The notes under the pieces were generated by a model. It did no database searches, was not told where the DNA came from, and saw nothing but the letters and a program-made list of their open reading frames with translations. A program made the translations under genes and the position numbers. Of a stretch of 51,539 nucleotides of DNA, positions 1-8,518 are shown piece by piece (position 1 is the stretch's first letter; each line of letters begins with the position of its first letter). Origin of the DNA: Desulfobacteria bacterium (lineage in GTDB: Bacteria; Desulfobacterota; Desulfobacteria; Desulfobacterales; C00003060); NCBI GenBank assembly GCA_030145395.1, contig JAQYVR010000119.1, forward strand, positions 1 through 51,539, in the 5' to 3' direction.

Positions 1-1
1 C

Positions 2-193
2 CCTGACGACAAGTGTAGTGCCCTGAGGGAGAAATTCAAGGTTTCGGGGTTGCCCACCATACTCTTCATTGGCGCTGACGGGCAGGAACGTCGTGGTTTA
101 AGAGCTGTTGGTTACTTGGGGCCGGCAGAGATGTTAAAGAAGATGGGGGCGGCCATTCCACGGTCGACAGGGAGTGAAGCCTCCCCGTCCTAA
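2..193 (+). CDS. 3' end of a thioredoxin-fold / DsbD-like thiol:disulfide interchange protein (5' part lies outside the window)
   Basis: The frame is open from the window edge to TAA at 191-193. The translation ...KFKVSGLPTILFIGADGQERRGLRAVGYLGPAEMLKKM... resembles the C-terminal GxPT..F strand/helix of thioredoxin-like domains. It is absent from the ORF track because it has no start codon. Confidence 0.4.
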   Translation, partial: PDDKCSALREKFKVSGLPTILFIGADGQERRGLRAVGYLGPAEMLKKMGAAIPRSTGSEASPS

Positions 194-434
194 AAGGGCG
201 GGGGAGGGTCGGCGGGCTTGCCGCTGTTGTCGGTTTCTTTGCCCTTGCCATCCTCCTCCCCATGTGGGATAGAAACACATTGATATGACAAAAGCGGAAC
301 TTAGACCTTTCCGGGTTAGGAGCTAAATCTTGACTCCTGCCTGGTTTTTTCCACCTTTCGGCTTTGGTTTGTTAACTTTGGCCTATGTCTCACATCCGCT
401 AACCACGAACAACTGAGCACCAACCACTTATTCT

Positions 435-1772
435 GTGAAACAGACACGCTTTCGCATCAGCCTTCACGTCATAATCCCGATCATCTTTGCCGGATTTGCC
501 TCTCTGGCAGCCATCTTGGTCTTTCGCGTCATACAATACGCCATCAGGCACGGCTTGGATTCTATGTGGCCTATTTTCTGGTCAGTCATCATTATTGTAA
601 CCAGCGCACTTATATCCGGCCTGTTGGTGACTCGGCTCATCCTGCGGCCAGTGGAGAAGTTTGTGAAAAGGGCAAAAGAGCTTCCTGCCATGGCCACGTC
701 CTCGCCCGATGTTGGAAGTGATGAAGGAACAGCCCGGGATGACATGGAGCACTTTGCCCAGGTTTTTGACCAGGTCGCGGACGTTCTTAGTAAGGTGGAG
801 GCCCAACAGCATTTCCCCAAGATTATTGGCCAGAACAGGAACATCCGTGGGGTCTTCAACCAGATCCTCAAAGTGGCACCGACAGATTCGACGGTTCTCA
901 TTTCAGGAGAGAGTGGAACAGGCAAGGAACTCGTCGCCACCAGCCTTTACGAGCACAGCCTACGCAAGGACAAACCGTTTGTTAAGCTCAACTGTGTGGC
1001 AATCCCCGAAGGGCTTTTGGAAAGCGAGCTTTTCGGCCATGAAAAGGGGGCCTTTACCGGCGCGAATGGCAAGAAGCTTGGGAAGTTTGAAAAGGCGAAT
1101 GAGGGGACCCTTTTCTTGGATGAGATTGCGGATATGCCCTTGACCACCCAGGCCAAAATACTTCGCGCTCTCCAGGAAAAAGAATTCGAGACAGTAGGGG
1201 GAACCGACTCGATCAAGGTGGATGTCCGATTTATTGCTGCCACCAACAAAGATATTACAAGAATGGTCAAAGAGGGAGCGTTTCGGGAAGATCTTTACTA
1301 CCGCCTGAACGTCATTTCCATCTACCTCCCGCCGTTGAGAGACAGGAAGAGAGATATTCCCCTACTGGTGGATCATTTCCTCAAAAATGCATCAAAACCG
1401 GCTCAGGTCTCCTCAGTAGCCTTGGAACTGCTAATGGCCTACTCTTGGCCGGGAAATGTCAGAGAACTCCAAAATATCATTGAGCGTGCCGCAGTCATGT
1501 CAGACGGCTTGATCCAGCCTTCTCATGTCCCCCCACACATTGTTGGGGACCTGGAAAGCCAGATGGTCATGCCCTCCCTGTCAGAAAACGTGTCAATGAA
1601 TGAGCGGCTCCGGGAGATCGAAAAGGCGATGATCATCCAGGCGCTAAGAAAGACAAGGGGAGTCCAGGCGCGGGCAGCCGAACTACTGGGCCTCACGCAA
1701 AGGAGCATGTGGCACAAGGTAAGGAAACACGACATAGATGTTCAGTCTTTCAAAAATGGCAAAACTCGATGA
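435..1772 (+). CDS. sigma-54-dependent transcriptional activator (bacterial enhancer-binding protein), membrane-anchored
   Basis: The AAA+ sigma-54 interaction domain has Walker A GESGTGKE, the GAFTGA loop (EKGAFTGA) and Walker B LFLDEI. The C-terminus carries a Fis-type HTH (AAELLGLTQRSMWHKVRKH). Two N-terminal hydrophobic helices are present and no receiver domain. The start codon is GTG. Confidence 0.9.
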   Translation: MKQTRFRISLHVIIPIIFAGFASLAAILVFRVIQYAIRHGLDSMWPIFWSVIIIVTSALISGLLVTRLILRPVEKFVKRAKELPAMATSSPDVGSDEGTARDDMEHFAQVFDQVADVLSKVEAQQHFPKIIGQNRNIRGVFNQILKVAPTDSTVLISGESGTGKELVATSLYEHSLRKDKPFVKLNCVAIPEGLLESELFGHEKGAFTGANGKKLGKFEKANEGTLFLDEIADMPLTTQAKILRALQEKEFETVGGTDSIKVDVRFIAATNKDITRMVKEGAFREDLYYRLNVISIYLPPLRDRKRDIPLLVDHFLKNASKPAQVSSVALELLMAYSWPGNVRELQNIIERAAVMSDGLIQPSHVPPHIVGDLESQMVMPSLSENVSMNERLREIEKAMIIQALRKTRGVQARAAELLGLTQRSMWHKVRKHDIDVQSFKNGKTR

Positions 1773-1809
1773 TTGAACTACCATAGCCTATCCCGAGTGA
1801 TCTGAAATC

Positions 1810-2844
1810 TTGTGTCAGGCCACGAAGTATCTTGTGAAAACCAAAACCTTGAACGATCTCGGCGAAGCCGGCATCATCCAACTCATCCAGGGAAAAGGAC
1901 CCGCCAGGCTCCCATCTCATTTAAAGAAGGGCATTGGTGACGATTGCGCTGTTCTACAGACCACGGGAGATAGGGTTCTTCTCGTCACCACAGACACCCT
2001 GATCGAAGGGATACACTTCACTGTTGAGTTGCTTCCCCCGGAAGCTCTTGGTTGGAAAGCCCTTGCCGTCAGTATTAGCGACATTGCTTCCATGGGCGGC
2101 ACCCCTCACACGGCCTTTCTCTCCGTTGGGATGAAGCCTGAAACAGAGGTAAGCTTCATAGAAACATTCATGGCCGGATTCCAGGCCCTTGCCGGCAGGA
2201 CCGACATTGTACTAGCCGGAGGCGACACTGTGGAAAGCCCATCTTCGGCTGTCATCACCGTCACCCTCTTGGGAGACTGCCTACCAGAGCACGTGGTCTA
2301 TCGCTCCGGCGCCGTGGTGGGGGACGATGTGTGGGTAACCGGCCCCTTGGGCAATGCAGCTGCAGGTCTATTTCTCCTCCTGAACAAAAAAGCTTCCGAA
2401 TTGTCCGGGTACGAAACAATAGTTTTAGCACACCAGAAGCCGACACCTCGCCTCAACACGGGGAAGGCTCTGGGAAAAAGCGGCCTCGCACACGCCATGA
2501 TCGATATCTCGGATGGTATCGCCAAAGACCTTGGCCATATCTGTGAACAGAGTGGCATTGGGGCTTTGCTCAAAACCGCATCTATACCCATGTCAGAGGA
2601 AATACAGAGACTTGGGTCTGAGGTAGAGAAAAGCCCTCTGGAGTGGGCTCTGCATGGTGGTGAAGACTACGAGCTGCTTTTTACTGCATCCCCTGCACAC
2701 GAGGAAAAGATTATGTCTCTCACAGCCGAGGTCTCCGGCAGCCCCGCGACAAAGATAGGCACTATCATTCCCGAAGACGGCATCTGGCTTGAGACGGACA
2801 AGGGCAAAAGGCCCCTTCAGCCCGGTGGCTACGTACACTTTTGA
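1810..2844 (+). CDS. thiL: thiamine-monophosphate kinase
   Basis: PurM-superfamily/ThiL signature stretches are present: GIGDDCAVL, DTLIEGIHF, ISDIASMGG, LAGGDT, IDISDG and GGEDYELLFT. The start is uncertain (TTG 1810 or GTG 1834). Confidence 0.85.
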   Translation: MCQATKYLVKTKTLNDLGEAGIIQLIQGKGPARLPSHLKKGIGDDCAVLQTTGDRVLLVTTDTLIEGIHFTVELLPPEALGWKALAVSISDIASMGGTPHTAFLSVGMKPETEVSFIETFMAGFQALAGRTDIVLAGGDTVESPSSAVITVTLLGDCLPEHVVYRSGAVVGDDVWVTGPLGNAAAGLFLLLNKKASELSGYETIVLAHQKPTPRLNTGKALGKSGLAHAMIDISDGIAKDLGHICEQSGIGALLKTASIPMSEEIQRLGSEVEKSPLEWALHGGEDYELLFTASPAHEEKIMSLTAEVSGSPATKIGTIIPEDGIWLETDKGKRPLQPGGYVHF

Positions 2845-2966
2845 AGGTTCCCGCAGGCCCGACAAATCCCGATACTTCGGGACAAGTCATGGCAAGGAAT
2901 GCGATAGCTGTTGCAGTCTAACACAGGTCCGCTTGCCCACCGCAGCCCCGCTGATTGGATTTTTGC

Positions 2967-2995
2967 TTGACGCAGCCTTCTTGCTTCCCTAATAA
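2967..2995 (+). promoter_or_regulatory. sigma-70-like promoter upstream of the HIT gene
   Basis: TTGACG (2967-2972), a 17-nt spacer, then TAATAA (2990-2995), about 55 nt upstream of ATG 3050. Confidence 0.4.
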
Positions 2996-3049
2996 TGACG
3001 GATTCGCAAAAAGCCATCAAACGGCTTCTTTTGTACAAGGAGAACAAAT

Positions 3050-3463
3050 ATGGACTGCATCTTTTGTAAAATCGTTAGGAACGAAATTCCATCAGTAAAA
3101 GTTTATGAAGATGACAGGGTGTTTGCTTTTTTGGACATCAACCCTCTCAATGACGGCCACCTTCTGGTAATTCCAAAGGCCCATGCTGAGAACATCCACG
3201 AAATCACCGAAGCCGATTTCGTGGCAGTGGCTTCTGCCACACACAAGCTGGCTGCTGCTGTCAAGAAGGCCTTGAATCCCGAAGGGATCAATTTAATGCA
3301 ACTTAACGGCAAGGCCGCCAATCAAGTTGTACCCCATCTGCATGTGCACATCGTTCCCCGGTGGTCAGGTGACGGATTAACTATCTGCAAGTGGGAACTG
3401 ACTGCAGGGGATATGGAAAGGGTTACGGCCATAGGGGAGCAGATTCAACAGGCCATGGAATAA
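3050..3463 (+). CDS. HIT-family nucleotide hydrolase/transferase
   Basis: 137 aa with the histidine triad HLHVHIVP and the N-terminal CIFCKI motif typical of HIT/Hint proteins. Confidence 0.9.
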   Translation: MDCIFCKIVRNEIPSVKVYEDDRVFAFLDINPLNDGHLLVIPKAHAENIHEITEADFVAVASATHKLAAAVKKALNPEGINLMQLNGKAANQVVPHLHVHIVPRWSGDGLTICKWELTAGDMERVTAIGEQIQQAME

Positions 3464-3529
3464 GGGAACCCTGAAACAAAGTTAACTATATTTCACCTTA
3501 GACCACTTAAGGCACTGTGTTACTGAACA

Positions 3530-5806
3530 ATGAGCTCAATTCTAGACACCATAGGCCACACACCACTCGTTGAAATCAAGCGGCTCAATCCCAACCCCAA
3601 AGTCAAGCTGCTGGCCAAGTTGGAGTATTTCAACCCGGGTGGTTCTGTAAAAGATCGTATTGCCAAGGCCATGATCGAAGCAGGAGAGGCCTCAGGATCC
3701 CTGACACACGACAAGATCGTGCTTGAGGCAACCAGTGGCAATACAGGGATTGGACTGGCCCTGGTTTGCGCGGTCAAGGGGTACCGGCTTCATTTGACGA
3801 TGTCTGAATCGGCCAGCCTGGAACGCCGCAAGATCCTACACGCCATGGGGGCCGAAATCAGTCTCACCCCGGATTTTCTTGGGACCGACGGCGCCATAGA
3901 GGAAGCGTATCGCCTTGCCCGCGAACATCCTGAAACATATTTTTTGACGGACCAATTCAACAGCGAAGCTAACTGGCGTGCCCACTACGATGGGACCGGC
4001 CCGGAAATCTGGGAACAGACATCCGGAAAATTGACTGTACTGGTTGCAACCATGGGGACCACCGGAACGCTCATGGGGACCTCCAGACGTTTGAAGGAAT
4101 ACAATCCCGAAATAAAGATTATCGGCGTCGAGCCTTATCTAGGACACAAGATTCAGGGTCTGAAAAATCTAAAGGAATCATACCAACCCGAGATTTATGA
4201 AAAGGAACGCTTGGACAAGAAGGTCAACGTCGATGATGAGGCCGCCTTTGAAATGACCCGACGCCTGGCTCGGGAAGAAGGCATCTTTGGGGGTATGAGT
4301 GCCGGCGCGGCCATGGCCGTCGCCGAAGAAGAAGTCAAATCTCTGTCCGAGGGTGTGATGGTAGTGATTTTGCCTGATGGTGGAGAGCGCTATCTCAGCA
4401 CACCGCTCTTTGCAATACAGGAAGAGACCAACCTTAGATTTTACAATACCCTGACTCATGCCAAAGAGCCCTTCGTGCCTCTACAACCGGGCAAGATATC
4501 CATCTATTCTTCCGGGCCCACTGTTCACGATAGAATGCACGTCGGAGAATGGCGCCGTTTTGTCCTGGCTGACCTTGTTCGACGGTACCTGGAATTCAAG
4601 ACATATGCGGTTACACATATCGTTAACATCTCTGACCTGAATGACAAGACAATCGTAGGGGCCGAAGAAGCCGGCATGCCTCTAAAACCCTTTACGGATA
4701 AGCACCTGCAAGCCTTTATGGAAGATGTGGAAACCCTGGGTATAAAACCGGCAACACAGTACCCCAGGGCGAGTGATCATGTTGAAGACATGGTAGCACT
4801 CACCGGACGACTAGTCGAAAAAGGTTTTGCTTATGAAAAGCTACGGTCTGTTTATTTTGACATCTCCCGATATGCTGACTATGGCAAGCTTTCCGGAATC
4901 GATCTGGATAAGATCAGGCTGGGGGCTACGGTTGACCTGGATGAATACGTGAAAGAAAACCCAAGGGATTTTGCACTCCTCAAGCGAGCCAAGCTTTCTG
5001 AACTAAAACAAGGTATCTACGCGAAAACCGAATGGGGTCAGATAAGACCAAGCTGGCATATTGAGTCTGCTGCAATGGCGATGAAGTATCTCGGTGAAAC
5101 ATTTGATATTTACACAAGCAGCCGTGATTTGATCTTTCCTCACCACGAAAATGAGATAGCCGTCAGTGGCGCTCTGACCGGAAAACCCCTGGCAAGAAAC
5201 TGGATATTATCCGAACAAGTGCTGTCAGGAGGAAAAAAGGCAGACCGCGATGCTGCTATCCCTAATATCCGGGACCTATTAGAACGTGGATATAGCGGCA
5301 GGGTGATTCGATACTGGCTTCTTTCCAATCATTATCGGAAACCCTTGAATCTGTCTTACGAAGCATTGGACCAGGCCAGCCAAGCCATCCGCCGAATTGA
5401 CGAATGCATTTCCGGCTTGGCCAGTTTGGAAGGCGGACGTTCTTATCCTGATCTGGACCAGCTTCTCTATGATATGAAAACGGGCTTTTCAGATGCCATG
5501 GATGATGATCTGAATGTGTCATCTGCCACAGCCACGATCTTCCGGATGGCCAGACGAGTGAACGGTCTTATCGTTAACAATGAGATGGACCAGACCGGGG
5601 CAAGACGAATCATTGATGCCTTCAAGAAGGTTGACACAGTGCTGAACGTTTTTGATTTTGCAAAGGCGCCGGAAGATCCCGAGGTTCAGAAGCTCAAGCG
5701 TGAGCGTGAAGAGGCCAGGCGCAGGAAGGACTGGAAGCTGGCAGACCAGCTTAGAGAGCGCCTCGTGGCTATGGGGGCCGAGATCAGAGACAAGAAGATA
5801 ATGTGA
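3530..5806 (+). CDS. fusion protein: CysM/CysK-type PLP-dependent cysteine synthase (res 1-~297) joined to a full-length cysteinyl-tRNA-synthetase-like module with degenerate catalytic motifs (res ~301-758)
   Basis: The N-terminal half has FNPGGSVKDR (PLP lysine), TSGNTGIGLA, MGTTGTLMG and a GERYLSTPLF end. The C-terminal half aligns by eye to CysRS (LRFYNTLT..KEPF.P, WHIE, FPHHENEIA, IRYWLL..HYRKPLN.S and a C-terminal ..KDWKLADQLRERL..G). However, HIGH is HVGE, KMSKS is KKADR, and the two zinc-ligand cysteines are serines. Confidence 0.85.
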   Translation: MSSILDTIGHTPLVEIKRLNPNPKVKLLAKLEYFNPGGSVKDRIAKAMIEAGEASGSLTHDKIVLEATSGNTGIGLALVCAVKGYRLHLTMSESASLERRKILHAMGAEISLTPDFLGTDGAIEEAYRLAREHPETYFLTDQFNSEANWRAHYDGTGPEIWEQTSGKLTVLVATMGTTGTLMGTSRRLKEYNPEIKIIGVEPYLGHKIQGLKNLKESYQPEIYEKERLDKKVNVDDEAAFEMTRRLAREEGIFGGMSAGAAMAVAEEEVKSLSEGVMVVILPDGGERYLSTPLFAIQEETNLRFYNTLTHAKEPFVPLQPGKISIYSSGPTVHDRMHVGEWRRFVLADLVRRYLEFKTYAVTHIVNISDLNDKTIVGAEEAGMPLKPFTDKHLQAFMEDVETLGIKPATQYPRASDHVEDMVALTGRLVEKGFAYEKLRSVYFDISRYADYGKLSGIDLDKIRLGATVDLDEYVKENPRDFALLKRAKLSELKQGIYAKTEWGQIRPSWHIESAAMAMKYLGETFDIYTSSRDLIFPHHENEIAVSGALTGKPLARNWILSEQVLSGGKKADRDAAIPNIRDLLERGYSGRVIRYWLLSNHYRKPLNLSYEALDQASQAIRRIDECISGLASLEGGRSYPDLDQLLYDMKTGFSDAMDDDLNVSSATATIFRMARRVNGLIVNNEMDQTGARRIIDAFKKVDTVLNVFDFAKAPEDPEVQKLKREREEARRRKDWKLADQLRERLVAMGAEIRDKKIM

Positions 5807-5807
5807 T

Positions 5808-6887
5808 ATGAAATTCCCAATCTTATCCCCCGTCTATTTCCCTTTTACCTTCATGTCTCCCTTGTTGGTGGAAGCCATTTCGCTCTGTTTCGACCGGCTG
5901 GTTGTCTACCAGCCTGCTTTTGCCAAGCCTCAACAGGCCCTTCAGCCTTGGGTTGACACAGGCGTCCTGGACTTACGCAGCCCTTTCGAAAGCATCATCG
6001 ATAAGGGACCATTAGAGGCAGCACTACGGGATTTCAGAAGCTGGGGCCTCCTCCACCAGCACACTGATATGACTTATCTGAAGATGGCTGGAAACGGTGT
6101 TGCACCAATAGATCCGGAAATAGCAAGAACCGCTTCTGCTATCAGGGGCAAGGTTGAAGAACCGCCCAACACATCTGAAGAGAATGACCTTTCCCTGCAG
6201 CTGTTCCTTCATCTCGCCCAGGAGTTTGATGAAAACTCTTGGGAATTGAGAGATCAACTGAATCGCGTTAATTACCAGTATCATGCCCTGCAAAGTGCAT
6301 TTCGCCAGGACCAAAACGGCAAAGCGCACGAACCAGCCCTAAAAGACCTTCCCGCTCGTGTTGCCGATGATGACCTTGGGAGTTTTATGATCGAAAAGAG
6401 GATGGCAGCCTGGAACAATCTCTTCCAGAACGATCCAGATGACACCGGTCTTCTGTTTACAGATTCTCATTCAGCGTTCGCCTACCTCCTTGACGAAGTT
6501 CAGAATAAGGTAGAAGTCCTGAAGTTCAGTTTCACATACAACCCAGCCGAGTCAAAAGGGGAGCCCAAGAAGCATCCCAATTGGGTGAATCACCTTCAAG
6601 AGATCTTCAATACGGTGATCACCATGCCATGGAGCCGGACATTGCAGGAAGAGATTCGGCAGGCGAGCCATGAAATAGAGGCGAGGATTGATGACTGGCA
6701 AAGGTCAACCATGAAACCTGATGACCGAAGCATATCATTCCGCTGGTATGTGGTGCCGGACCATGTCGCCCATACTATGTTGAATCGACGTTGCGACATG
6801 GAAAGTGAACATGCTGAAAATAAGGCTCCGAAGCTAAAGAACACTCTGGTCGGAATGATTGAAGAGGGCCGACCAGCAGTGTTGTGA
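5808..6887 (+). CDS. hypothetical protein (359 aa), translationally coupled to the CysM-CysRS-like gene
   Basis: Its ATG lies 1 nt after the upstream TGA (5804-5806). It is a long ORF with no competing frame, and I recognise no motif in it. Confidence 0.6.
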   Translation: MKFPILSPVYFPFTFMSPLLVEAISLCFDRLVVYQPAFAKPQQALQPWVDTGVLDLRSPFESIIDKGPLEAALRDFRSWGLLHQHTDMTYLKMAGNGVAPIDPEIARTASAIRGKVEEPPNTSEENDLSLQLFLHLAQEFDENSWELRDQLNRVNYQYHALQSAFRQDQNGKAHEPALKDLPARVADDDLGSFMIEKRMAAWNNLFQNDPDDTGLLFTDSHSAFAYLLDEVQNKVEVLKFSFTYNPAESKGEPKKHPNWVNHLQEIFNTVITMPWSRTLQEEIRQASHEIEARIDDWQRSTMKPDDRSISFRWYVVPDHVAHTMLNRRCDMESEHAENKAPKLKNTLVGMIEEGRPAVL

Positions 6888-6949
6888 ACGAACCAAGATC
6901 CTGCTTTCTTGCCATAGGAAATCACCACCAATTACAAGAAAAAGAAAAC

Positions 6950-6978
6950 TTGACGGTTTCAAATAATTGGTGTAATAC
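6950..6978 (+). promoter_or_regulatory. sigma-70-like promoter for the ferredoxin gene
   Basis: TTGACG (6950-6955), a 17-nt spacer, then TAATAC (6973-6978). An AAAGGAGG Shine-Dalgarno sequence lies just before ATG 7057. Confidence 0.45.
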
Positions 6979-7056
6979 GTCATAACTCAGAATCACGAAC
7001 GACATAGTTCTGGATATAGAACCTGTTGAAAAAACAAAGAAAGGAGGCGCGTTATT

Positions 7057-7242
7057 ATGTTTGTACCGGCTGTGGACAAGGACAAGTGCACCGGCTGTGG
7101 AGAGTGTGTTGAAGTTTGCCCCGTTGAAGTTTTCGAGCTTGAAGACGAAAAATCTGAGCCTGTCAATGCAGACGAGTGTTTAGGATGTGAAAGCTGCATT
7201 GAGGTTTGTGAGGCAGAGGCAATAACAGTCGAAGAAACATAG
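7057..7242 (+). CDS. fdx: 2x[4Fe-4S] ferredoxin
   Basis: 61 aa with two cluster motifs, CTGCGECVEVCP and CLGCESCIEVCE, and a strong RBS. Confidence 0.85.
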   Translation: MFVPAVDKDKCTGCGECVEVCPVEVFELEDEKSEPVNADECLGCESCIEVCEAEAITVEET

Positions 7243-7263
7243 AATTATCCCAATTACTGGTAT

Positions 7264-7302
7264 CTGGTCCCTGATTCCGATGAAGCTGGAATCAGGGACC
7301 AG
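7264..7302 (+). terminator. perfect 15-bp stem-loop downstream of the ferredoxin gene
   Basis: CTGGTCCCTGATTCC (7264-7278) pairs with GGAATCAGGGACCAG (7288-7302) around a 9-nt loop. No U-tract follows, so intrinsic-terminator function is uncertain. Confidence 0.5.
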
Positions 7303-7388
7303 CTTCCCACCTACTCTCCATAAGTATCCGAAGGAATTCCTGTCCCGCCTTAGCTTCAAACAAACCTCGCTTTTTACCCGCTGGAGGC

Positions 7389-7673
7389 ATGAAAATGGAA
7401 GACAAACCGATTGCCCGCTGCGAGGCCAATGGCGTGGATGCCTATAAGTATCCCTTTTTCGTAAAACCTGCGCACGGAATGGAACCCGCCTACGTTTTTC
7501 TGGAAGAGCATGTTTACAATTTCACCACCGAGGAGATCGAAGAGATCATGACCCACCTTGTCCGCATTGAAGATGAAAAGGATCTTCAGGCCCTCGGATA
7601 CAAAAGAAATGAAGAGGGGATTTACATCTTATCAACATCAGAGGAACCGTGGTCTCCCGGAGGCGAATCATGA
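7389..7673 (+). CDS. hypothetical small protein (94 aa)
   Basis: The stop TGA (7671-7673) overlaps the hbd ATG (7670) in an ATGA coupling arrangement. The protein is acidic and I recognise no motif. Confidence 0.5.
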   Translation: MKMEDKPIARCEANGVDAYKYPFFVKPAHGMEPAYVFLEEHVYNFTTEEIEEIMTHLVRIEDEKDLQALGYKRNEEGIYILSTSEEPWSPGGES

Positions 7674-8515
7674 TCAAGAACATTGGCGTTGTTGGCGCTG
7701 GCCAGATGGGGGCAGGAATTGCCCAGGTGGCGGCCATGAACGAATTCAAGATCATCTTGAATGACACCTCCGAAACGTTTCTCGATCGCGGCATGCAGAG
7801 GATCGACAAGAGCCTTTCGAGTTTCTTGAAAAAAGGACGCATCACCGAGGAGGAAAAGAATGCAGCCCTCGGACGGATTGAAACCACCGTCGAACTCAAG
7901 GCCTTTAAATCTGCAGACTTTGTCGTGGAGGCCGTGATTGAAGACGAGAGCCTGAAACTCGATGTCTTCAGGCAGCTGGATGAGATCTGCAGGCCGGGGG
8001 TGGTCCTGGCAAGCAACACCTCTTCCATTCCTATCACACGAATGGCATCTGCCACCAAGCGACCGTCAGAAGTAATCGGTATGCATTTCATGAATCCCGT
8101 CCCTCTGATGAAACTGGTCGAAGTCATCCGAGGACTGTCCACATCTGATGAAACCTTCGAGACAACCAAGGACCTGGCAATAAAGCTCAAGAAAACGCCT
8201 GTTGCGGCTAATGACTCTCCCGGCTTTATATCCAATCGGATCCTCTTGCCCATGATAAACGAGGCCATATTTGCCTTGCACGAAGATGTGGGTACAACAG
8301 AGGCTATTGATTCGGTCATGAAACTGGGCATGAACCATCCAATGGGGCCCCTTGAGCTAGCGGACCTGATCGGTTTGGACACGTGCCTGTCGATCTTAGA
8401 AGTCCTGCATGAAGGATTTGGAGATCCTAAATACCGGCCGTGCCCTCTGCTCAGAAAATACGTTGACGCCGGATACTTGGGCCGCAAAACAGGCCGCGGA
8501 TTTTACACATACTAA
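7670..8515 (+). CDS. hbd: 3-hydroxybutyryl-CoA / 3-hydroxyacyl-CoA dehydrogenase
   Basis: [20 protein letters not shown] forms an NAD-binding Rossmann fold, followed by a 3HCDH C-terminal domain ([27 protein letters not shown]). ATG 7670 is preferred over the ORF-track start at 7649. Confidence 0.9.
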   Translation: MIKNIGVVGAGQMGAGIAQVAAMNEFKIILNDTSETFLDRGMQRIDKSLSSFLKKGRITEEEKNAALGRIETTVELKAFKSADFVVEAVIEDESLKLDVFRQLDEICRPGVVLASNTSSIPITRMASATKRPSEVIGMHFMNPVPLMKLVEVIRGLSTSDETFETTKDLAIKLKKTPVAANDSPGFISNRILLPMINEAIFALHEDVGTTEAIDSVMKLGMNHPMGPLELADLIGLDTCLSILEVLHEGFGDPKYRPCPLLRKYVDAGYLGRKTGRGFYTY

Positions 8516-8518
8516 CCT

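Noticed and set aside
464-940. 158-aa minus-strand ORF, and similar antisense ORFs inside the sigma-54 activator, fadE (47522-48085) and other large genes.
   Set aside because: These are shadow frames inside genes that have strong motif support. None has RBS or motif evidence.
7546-8487. 313-aa ORF on the minus strand.
   Set aside because: It lies entirely antisense to the well-supported hbd gene. Its Ser/Arg-rich composition is typical of a shadow frame, it has no RBS and it shows no recognisable motif.
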